Below are positions 54,059-64,000 of a stretch of 64,000 nt of DNA, piece by piece (within the stretch, counting starts at the first letter, position 1; each line of letters starts with the position of its first letter). Source of the stretch: Octopus vulgaris (taxonomy: Eukaryota); assembly GCA_951406725.2 (NCBI GenBank), contig OX597821.1, positions 53,692,001 to 53,756,000 of the forward strand, in the 5' to 3' direction. Made by a program: the position numbers and the translations under genes. The notes under the pieces are model-generated. The model saw only the letters and a list, made by a program, of their open reading frames with translations, was not told where the DNA came from and ran no database searches.

Positions 54059-54319
54059 CATATATATATTCTCTTTTATTCTTTTATTGGTTCGCTTGTT
54101 TCAGTCATTTGACTGCGGCCATGCTGGATCACCATGTTTACTCGAAGAAATTGACGCCAGGACTTATTCTTTGTAAGCCTAGTCCTTATTCTATCACTGT
54201 CTTTCCGTAACCACTAAGTCTTGGTGTCGTAACCAACATTGGTTGTCATGCGATAGTGGCGGAACAAACATAGGCACACACACACACAGATATATACATG
54301 TATACAAATATATGCAAAA

Positions 54320-55262
54320 TTAAGATTAGCAAAGTTCTTTTTAACTCTAAAAATACACTCTCCTTCATTTCCTACAGTGCTTATCCATCTATCTGGTAGA
54401 CTTGCAAAGACCCTCTTCCAAAATTCACTTGTCCGTAACATAAATTACTCCTCCAGTACTGTTCTTACCTCGTCGAAAAAATTCATATTTTTTCAGTCCA
54501 AAGGATTTTGAAGACTGTAGAATAAATGATAATTAAATGGGCCAGTGTCCGGTGAATACGGTGGGTGGGGATTCATTTCAGATTAAAATTGCAACAGCCT
54601 TTGGAATGTCATCCTCGTTGTACGTGACCAAGCATTATCCTGTAAAATGCCTTTCGTCTTGAAACCAAAGATGGTCGTTTTTTTCTAGCGTGACTAAAGC
54701 CACACAAGCTGCCCGCGGTAGAACTCTTTTGTTATCGTCTGGTTTGGATTTAAAAGTTCAAAGTCGACTAAACCTTTCATATCCTCCCCATACAGATAAC
54801 AACACCTTACGTGGGTGAAGACCTTCTTTAGCCTAGAGTGCCGATGTTTCTCCTTTCTCTTCCCACTATCTTCGCTTTGACATTTTTATAGAGCACCCAT
54901 TTCTCGTCACTAGTCACTATTTGGTCCAGAAATATTCATTTGTGAGACATGACAGCAAAAAAGAGCAAATATTCACTCTCTGCGCATGGTTAGACACGGA
55001 AGGTTTGTGAGGGGCCCATTGACCCAATTTGCTAACTTTTCCGATGGAACGCAAGTGTCGATGAATGGTTGAATGACCAAATCCAAGCTTCTCCGCTAGT
55101 TCCTCGACAATTACGATGAGATTTTGTTCCACCAGGGTTGGCAGGATGTCCTCGTCAAGTTCTACAGATCTTGCAGAATGAGGCTCGTCTTCTAGGCTGT
55201 AGTTTCCGGTTCGGAATTTCTGGAAGTACCATTGACACTGACTTACGCTTATTGTCCGATCC
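54320..55262 (-). mobile_element. Second decayed mariner transposase
   Basis: STIHRHLRSIGKVSKLGQWAPHKPS (ORF 54917..55132), VTSDEKWV, QDNAWS, HPPYSPDTGPFNYHLF. TIRs not seen. Confidence 0.88.
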
Positions 55263-55307
<45 letters not shown>

Positions 55308-55850
55308 TATAGCTTTGAAAAAAGAACTGTTAAAATCGAACTGCACTCTTCGAAACTTGCACTAAGAATAAGGACATGGTATAATTACTATCTGCTTTTA
55401 TAGCAAGTTGATGCAAGTAGCTTATCTCATCCCCTCCGATTTTAGTTCTTGCAATTGAAAAAATCGCATTATTCGTGGATGACCCATTCCATAAACCAAA
55501 TCTACTAACGAAAATTTGGTTGGCCTGAGGCATTCGTCCAAGTTGCCATGTAATAGGACTGCACTCTGAATCATGTGGTTGGGAAGCAAGCTCCTAACCA
55601 CGCAGCCACACTTGTGCCTCTGTATCATGATGATGTCTTAATAACTCCCCTAAACCAATGTTAGCATAGGAATCCGTTGAAACGGGACTGAATGATTAAT
55701 AACCATATAGTTTTATGGACGATATGATACAGAACTTCTAACAGAAGACATGATTTCGGTAATGGTGTAAATTCTCTTAGACAGAAGAAGTGAACTGAAA
55801 GTATGAAGTTACTGGTATGCTTCTCATTTAGAGGAGATAATTATTTCTCT

Positions 55851-56139
55851 TGAAAGGCAAAGTCGACCTGGGCGGAATTTGAACTCACAACGTAACGGCA
55901 GAGGAAATACCTATTTCTTTACTACTCACAAGGGGCCAAACACAGAGAGGACAAACAAGGACAGACAAACGGATTAAGTCGATTATATCGACCCCAGTGC
56001 GTAACTTGTACTTAATTTATCGACCCCGAAAGGATGAAAGGCAAAGTCGACCTCGGCGCAATTTGAACTCACATCGTAACGACAGACGAAAGACCGCTGA
56101 GCATTTCGCTCGGCGTGCTAACGATTCTGCCAGCTCGCC
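55851..56139 (-). mobile_element. SINE (MetaSINE-like core) with an adjacent partial duplicate of its head region
   Basis: Full copy ~55912-56139. The segment gaaaggcaaagtcgacct...gaactcac is repeated at 55852-55911. Confidence 0.88.
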
Positions 56140-56769
56140 CACCTTAGAGGAGATAATGAAAGAAACATTCTCCTCCAAATACATCACGGTCGCTTAAGTT
56201 TCTGCTGCTGTTGTAGCGGTGGCTGTTCTTATTCTTATTCTTCTTGTTGGTAGTGGCGTTTAACCTCAGGTCATCTCTAATCCAACAGACATGATCAACT
56301 GTGTACCAACCATATTTATATACACATAGTGTATCTGTACGCTACATTATCCAATGTATAATTGCCATTTATGAAGTAGGACAATATGATTTGAGGAGAA
56401 ATTGACAGTTATTTTTGTCAGTTTATTGGAGATTGTTAATGTAATGTTATTGGGCCCATATAATATGAATTTTAAAACAAAAATTCCTCTGTATTCTTAA
56501 TGCCTGATAAATCTTGTTCGTTGTGATGTAACAGAATACTAAAACAATCACCTAATCATATACAATGATTATTAGCTGTAGGGCATAAGATATCGGGAAA
56601 ATAGCTTGTAGTATTTCTTCCTAATCTACACCGTCATATGTTATGCAATAGCGCCAATGTATACTATATATATATATATATATATATATTCTTTCTTCTC
56701 ACTTCTCTTTTCCTTTCTTTCATCGTCTCTGATTCTCTATGTGTCATTCTACCTCTATCTCCAAAGACG

Positions 56770-56811
<42 letters not shown>

Positions 56812-56840
56812 CGTTTGTGTACACACACATACATATACAT

Positions 56841-57067
56841 ATTTCTTTATTACCCACAAGGGGCTAAACATAGAGAGGACAAACAAGGACAGGCATAGGA
56901 ATTAAGTCGATTACATCGACCACAGTGCGTAACTGGTACTTAATTTATCGACCCCGAAAGGATGAAAGGCAAAGTCGACCTCGGCGGAATTTGAACTCAC
57001 AACGTAACGGCAGACGAAATACGGCTACGCATTTCGCCCAGCGTGCTAACGTTTCTGCCAGCTCGCC
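56841..57067 (-). mobile_element. Full-length SINE with MetaSINE-like core
   Basis: Minus: ggcgagctggcagaaacgttagc...gagttcaaattcc (B-box)...gactttgcctttcatcctttcggggtcgataaattaagtaccag... Confidence 0.9.
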
Positions 57068-57245
57068 GCTAACCGACAGTAAACAATAGACCATGACGAT
57101 CCTTACCGGCATTAACACCAGGATGCTCATCTAACAGTATGAAATCGATGTAGTTGAAACGCGTGTAGGTCCATAAAAGAATGCTGTAAATAACTGTTTA
57201 ATAACATAAATGTGGAAAATCTGCGTTCTCCCGATTATTATCAAT

Positions 57246-57276
<31 letters not shown>

Positions 57277-57670
57277 CATCATCATCATCGTCGTCGTCGT
57301 CGTCGTTTAACGTCCGTTTTCCATGCTGGCATTGGTTGGACGGTTTGACTGAGGTCTGGAGAGCCAGCGGCTGCACCAGGCTTCGATCTGATCTGGATGC
57401 CCTTCCTAACACCAACGATCCCGAGAGTGCAGTGGGTGCTTTTTACGTTCCACAGGAACAGGAGCCAGTCAAGTGGGCCTGGCATCAGTCATGTTTGGAT
57501 AGCTCGGCTAGTACTTTTTACATGACACCGGCACAGGTGCCAGTGAGGGGTTACTAGTATCGGCCACGTTCGGATGGTGTTTTATACGTGCCACTGGCGC
57601 GGGAGGTAGTCCGACGGACCTGCCATCAGCCACGTTCGGATGGTTCTTTTTACGTGCCATCTGGACATCC
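57277..57670 (-). mobile_element. Retroposon 3' part with (GAY)n tail and internal short repeats
   Basis: Minus-strand end gcatggaaaacggacgttaaacgacgacgatgatg. Internal repeats gccacgttcggatggt and ttttacgtgcca. Confidence 0.7.
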
Positions 57671-60600
57671 AGTTGTCCCCCCTCTCTCCCCCTCTATTGG
57701 TAATTTTGCTGCCCTCTCTTTTCTCTCCTCCCCCATCTCTAGAGTAACTAAACCAAATAGTAGCCCACTTAACTCTTTATTAATTTATTTAAACATTTAT
57801 ATCTGCAGCCCCAGTAATGCTTCATCCACAAGGCTCATAACGCGTATATTTACAACGCCCCAAACTCTTTCTAGTTATGAGAGTAGTTCCGAAATGTTAT
57901 TCCCCACATCCAAGAAAGCTTTCTCAATGGTAATGCTTTCCTATGTAGATTTGTATATGTAAATGCTTTCCCAAATAAATGGTACTTCATGTTTGAAGTT
58001 CCGATGAAGTTATAAGATGATACTTAGGCACGCAACTATGAGCTCACTGCATTTTATAGCAGAAACAGTCGTATGTTTATGAAGCTCATGAGATAAATTT
58101 TTATTTCATCGTCAACTCAATTTCTTATTATACATATATTGTTAAAGCTTGTTAAACCAAGTGGAAAGCACAGCGCTTTCGCTAATTGCTTCAGATTCCT
58201 GTGTGGTCACGAACTGACACCGACATCCACTTCATACAGCCACTCGTAATTAAACCAGACGATCGATGAAGCTGGACTGAAGGATGTTTAATTGAGTAGA
58301 TACAAGCAACATAATATTACATTCGTCTGTCAACGGGCTACCTCGTTCAAGATTCAAGTCTCGATCTACTGCTTGTAAACACAACAGAGATCACTAGGTC
58401 ATTCGATTTGACAATGTATTTGCTGATGAAAGAGCAATAACTTCTGAAATATGCATATACACTCATTAACTATTTTTTTTTTTTCTAATTCGATCTCATT
58501 GTTTACATAGACGTATTCGTTTACGAAATGTCGTAGATTTCAATGTTGGCTCTGAAATCTACAAAAAATCTGAAGAAGTAAATTTTAAAATACATAGTTA
58601 CATAGCTAGCTAACTAGACAGACAGACAGACAGACACATACATACATACATACACACACATATGCATGCATGTATGCATACCTCATACGCTATGTCTATT
58701 GTAATCTGCAGGTGTTAATTCTACATCCATTTTGTACTTTATCCTCGTTATTCACTATTAATTAAAGGGGCGCTTGTAACAGTGAGCAGAAAAGTGTTTC
58801 AAGGTAGACACACTAACAAATACATAATTTTCTCCTGTAAATTTCATCTAATTCTTTTTGTTTTTATTGAATATAATCAAATGGTAATGTTAATTAAAAT
58901 AATAAAATAGTTTCGATCGCACATGTGAGCTTTCATCTTTGAACAAGTTTCCATTGATTCGCTAAACAAAAGGAAAATACTTTGGGCCATTTAAGATAAA
59001 GCTGTTGTGTTCGATATCATGATGGTGATACACCGCCCCTATTGCTTTAACGACGCTTCTGACAAATATTTTTATGTAGTAAAGTTGTTTCCTATAAAAA
59101 GAATATATTCAATTGTGAATAGCTTCCAGCTAGTACTTCAAGAAATTGTAAAAGACAACTCAAATATTTGAAAATAAAACAAGTCTACTGCAAGAGTAAA
59201 TTGCACGAGGGAGAAAAATCTTAATTTACGTTGCATAAATATGCATACATGTACACGCGTGAGCACACAGACGTATACTTATATATATATATATTCATGC
59301 GTGTGTGTGTGTTTGTGTATGTGTGTATGTTTATCAAATGCGTCTTTGTAGCGGCCACAGTGATATGCCTGTAATGCGTATGTGAGTATGTTTGTGTGCG
59401 TGCCTGTGTGGACATATATTAAGGTTTTCAACAAATACAGGCTTATAGTACTTAATGCACTTTTAACCGTTTTATGTATCTTAATGAATGTAGCTGCAAG
59501 TGATAATGTTAGAGTTGTATTTAATTTTCGTTTTTTAATCAACTACTCCATCTTGTTTCAAGAAATCATATTCCCAGCGCTTCTAACTCTTTTTTCAAGT
59601 ACTATCCTATAAAATAAATAAAAGACAGTTCAATAAATTATAGTGGTTCTTATGAAGCAGCAATTATAAGAAAACGAGCGAGTCTAAGAGAAATATTTTG
59701 TAGTAGTTTATCGTTATTATTTTCGTTTGTCTTCTGTTGATGTGTTAAAGAAAAGAGTTGCAGAGAGATAAAGTTCTCTGTATATTAGTAAAGATACAAA
59801 CTGGTAAAACTCAACAAGCAGCAAATAAATTCTAGAGACGGTATTTCTGCAAGTATATTAAAAGAAGCTGCGAATGAGAAGATACATATAGCTATAGGTG
59901 AAAGATAGAAAATAGAAAATACGTATCGAAGAGAGTAAATTGTTCATACAATTGAAGGAACATATAACAGCAGCATCATATATCGACAGGAGTTGCATAA
60001 ATTTAACATCTGATTCTCCAATCTTTCCATAGGTTGCTCCGGAAGAATAAAGTTATGAGCATTTGAAATAACGGTAGGAAATCTGTTTTTCTCAAATATT
60101 TTAGAAACCCGGCGTTTATATATGGTTAAAAGAATACATTTTAACTTTAAAAAAATGCTATGAATATAGTTACATTACACTTTCCTTTTGGTACCTCGTT
60201 ATGCATATTTTTGTCAAAAAACAAAGCTGTGTATCATAACAATTAGCCTACGGATTAATTACAAACTCTGAATATAACAATGGAGTAGCAGGTGATTTGA
60301 ATTGTTCTCCTTGACGTGCTGAGGTATGATTAGTTTGGTTTTTTAACAATGTGTTCAAATATCATCCTCCCTCCGGGTACCGTTAATTTAGTGGTAATCT
60401 TTTAATTGGCAACTCCTCATCCACTCATAATACAATTTTAATATTACTTTAAAAATGGTTTTAATATATACGAACGTAAATCCCCATTAACGTAGGTACT
60501 TTACTGCATACAGAAAGTCACAGCTAGGCAGGTTTTAAAGTTAGTGTTCTACATTCTAATACATCTATACTTAAAGATGCAATATATTTAGAAATATTTT

Positions 60601-63526
60601 GTATTCATAAAAGAAGCGAAATCAACATCTGGAATATTCTGCATTTTAAAACATTACAAATATTACAATAACGCCACACATTAAGATTTCAGATAAATTA
60701 ATTTAATAAAAATAGCCATTCAGGTTATGGACTATACATTGATTTCTGTGATATGTACATTGTGAATTTCATTCGCATTTATTGGTAACTAGTAAACTTT
60801 ACAGTTAAGAAAACTTGATTCTTTTCATTTAAAAATAATTTAGCTCGAAGAACACACACATTAAGATCCAGTTTTCTAATTTTAATATTTTCTAAGCATT
60901 ATTTGAGTGACAGTTTTCTGGAATCCCGCCGTGTGTTCCTAACTTACATTTCTTTTCATTTATTCCCCTCAAAATTAAAGAGGAATATTTTAAAACAATT
61001 TCTAGAAAAATATCAAATTAACATAAAGGTTACTTCCTTTACTCATAAACTTTAATTTCTGCATTAGTCTTGTATGTTCATCACGCTTTCTTGAGGTGAA
61101 AAGAACTTTTTATCTGATATATAACGCAGCGAGTGAAAAAACGTGTGCGTACTTAACTATTAGTATTTCAAGCCGTTGATTCAGTGAAAGACAAAATAGA
61201 TAGGGTGTACTAAATACTCAAGAATAACATTTGCCATTCCAAACATGTGCTGTAAGGAAGAAAAGAATAAAGGTAATTATTCAATTTCCGAGAGCAAAGT
61301 GGTTGACAGAGATATTAATTCAATTTAGCGTGTGTAGGATATTTAAATCATTGGGAAACCATAATGTCATTGAACTAGAAATTTTACGTAGAATTTTTAC
61401 AAATAAAGACGGAAAATTCTGAAAAACTTAGGTAAAGTGTATCGTCAATAATGACATCTGATCTAGATCTGACAGATTACTGATTTCACCATATATTTTG
61501 CCTCCATATTCATCAGCTGATGTCGACACCAACCAACATTGTCGTGACAAACACCTCATAATCAACGTTTTACACCAGTCGGAATTTTGCGTTTTTACTT
61601 AATATCTGTAGTCTGCTGTGAAGTTACTTTTGCCTTTCGTCCTCCGACATTGATGAAACAATGTACCTGTCAAATGCTGAGTCCGATTTTGTCGATTAAA
61701 AGGTTCCTACAAAGTTTATGGCCTTGTGCTTATGTAAAATGTAAAATTTGCAAAATAATTCGGTTAGTTAGAAATAGAGGGTGAATCCTCCTCTAATTAC
61801 ACGCTGTCGTTTTGGAAATACTGATCACTTTATCTAATCAACACCCTACCAAATCTTCAAAATAAGCTACATGCATATTCAGATAATGTTTTTTATTAAA
61901 TGTTTTTGAGACAACATCCTGACTTCTCTGAAACAGCTGGAAAAGCTTTACTACTAAAACTAAGTGTAGGATTTCTCAAAATTCCAAACCTTCTCTCTTA
62001 ATGCACATAAGATATGGAAGTCCCAGGAATATTTTATATGAATGAAAGCATGTTCACGACTGGAATGATTTCCTTAAGAGGTGTTTTTTTTATCAGAGAT
62101 GACTTGGCTATAAAAAGATAAAAATATTACATTCCATACTAAAACATTTTCCAAACGGATCATCAAACTATGATTTCCTCCCCTTTATTTTGTCGTAGAT
62201 TTACACCTTTAGACCTACAAAATTAAGTTTCCATCTTCCCGAAACATTAAAACGAGCATCTTATCACGGCATGCCACTTATTGTGCTTGAAAACATCGTT
62301 AAATATACTTCAAAGAAAATCAATACTGAGAAGTTTAATTTATCGACTTTGGCAAGAAGAAACCACTTACAAGCCTAATTCTGTTTATGCTGCAGTTTTA
62401 ATCTATTATAGTAGGTGCAAGTTAACGAATGAGCTCTATGTGAATGTACAATATTTTCTACATTCAAGAACATATAAGAAAAATAGATATATGCACAGGA
62501 TGCATTCGATTAAATACTTTTTCTTTATGTAGCATGACCAAATAATAAAGAAATTTACTTAATAATTAAGAGTCTTGGAGTCAATCCCACTAGTTTTTGA
62601 GCGAATATCTTGTAACATAGCCTTAGATTAACCAAAGCATCGTACATTTAATTTAGTTGACGGCAACTTTATTGAGGCATATTGGAAGGACCTTTCTTGT
62701 TTTCTGATGATAGACATAGCACATCGCTCTGTTTAAAATCACCAGCTGGCTCTTAGTTGTCTTTAACAGTATCCACTGTATTGTAAGACCTTCACACCCA
62801 TAGGTTGGCGATAACATTTTTTTGTCTCTCACGAGTTTTGATTGTCCAGCAAGTAATTATAGACGCCCTTCTTCGCACTAACCAACAAACACGTACAAGT
62901 AATAACAGCCACATCTCTTACAAAATACATCCTATCACCATAAAAAATAGGAAGGACGTGTCAGATAATGTAGTTCAAGATACAATATGCTTGGACAAAG
63001 GCAGATGGGTCACAACTAGAACATATTTCATTATAGGCTTCTACGATCAGGACAATGAAATAAAAGAGGGAAAACAGAGAGGATTTGAGAAAAATCGATA
63101 TCTTTTCTGTGGAGAAATGAAATATTTCTGAAGCTATTAAAAATATCAAACGACAAGCAGGAATTGAATTTCATATCTCCAGTACTTACCAAGTTGTAAT
63201 ACCGAGTTGTAAAATAATATTTCTGCTAAGAAACCTCAGATATCTTCTCATCCCATGGTGTGCATCGTAAGAAATTATATTTTATGAATATTAAATGTTT
63301 TTCCCGAGCCAAATTGTCATCAGATTTCACGGATTTTTTGTAGCTTTTATTTTCTATTTTTTTTACTAAATTGTGTTAATTGATTCTAAAGGCCAAATTC
63401 CGAATAGCTCATATTTTCTCATCTTCCTTATTTAATATAGTCAATTCGGAGTTTTTCATTCTGTTTCCAAGGCGGAAATTAATGTCTTTACTATGGTAAT
63501 GACGACAACGATAACAACAACAACAA

Positions 63527-63613
63527 AGAAGAAGAAGAAGAAGAAGAAGAAGAAGAAGAAGAAGAAGAAGAAGAAGAAGAAGAAGAAGAAGAAGAAGAAG
63601 AAGAAGAAGAAGA
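63527..63613 (+). repeat. (GAA)n microsatellite
   Basis: Direct inspection. Confidence 0.97.
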
Positions 63614-64000
63614 CCTCAATCAATTACTTCCTTACTTCCTATTTTAGAGGCGATAAAATACACCTTTCATTCAACAAAATGGAATTCCAGTATTGCACAA
63701 AACAAACTATAAATTCAATAATATTGTACATGTTTAACATTTAATATCAGTTATGAAACCAACAGCACAATAATAACAAAGATACTACCTACATATGCAA
63801 AACTTAGTTCAAATTCCATATTCGTCTTGTGATCACCAATTTTATGATTTCAATTTATTCGATAGATTCCACAAAAGAGTGGAACCAACTGTAATCAGCA
63901 CCGAGCTATTAGTTGTCTGTAGAAAAAGCAATTTGGAAAATATAAGGATTTAATTGAATTTTTATGAATAGGGTTTTTCTGTTAAGTTCTTCAGCCAAGG

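Noticed and set aside
60010-60080. Acceptor-41 nt-donor pattern (tttccatag|...|gtagga)
   Set aside because: Stops in all three frames; could only be a non-coding exon and cannot be supported without RNA data.

Overview
AT-rich eukaryotic genomic DNA that is almost entirely repeats. I could not support any intact host protein-coding exon, so it is probably a large intron or intergenic region. The tRNA-headed SINEs and dense (TA)n/(CA)n/(GATA)n/(TAA)n/(GAA)n arrays suggest an octopus/cephalopod genome (inference from recalled repeat families). Decayed mobile elements recognised from protein motifs or termini: two mariner (DD34D), two Tc1, one maT-like DD37D, a truncated Ty3/Gypsy, two Helitrons, a Hero-type and two R4/Dong-type RLE LINE remnants, RTE and CR1/Jockey-like LINE fragments, a ~5 kb Tx1/L1-type LINE inside a (GATA)n array, a Penelope-like element (PLE) with a 130-bp perfect inverted pseudo-LTR, and many SINEs. 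Two signals stand out. First, several minimal hammerhead-ribozyme-like folds lie in short units wedged between (TA)n tracts, and one predicted cleavage site coincides with the PLE inversion breakpoint. Second, the Tx1-type LINE may be GATA-microsatellite-specific. Coordinates were read by eye, and the ends of decayed elements are approximate.
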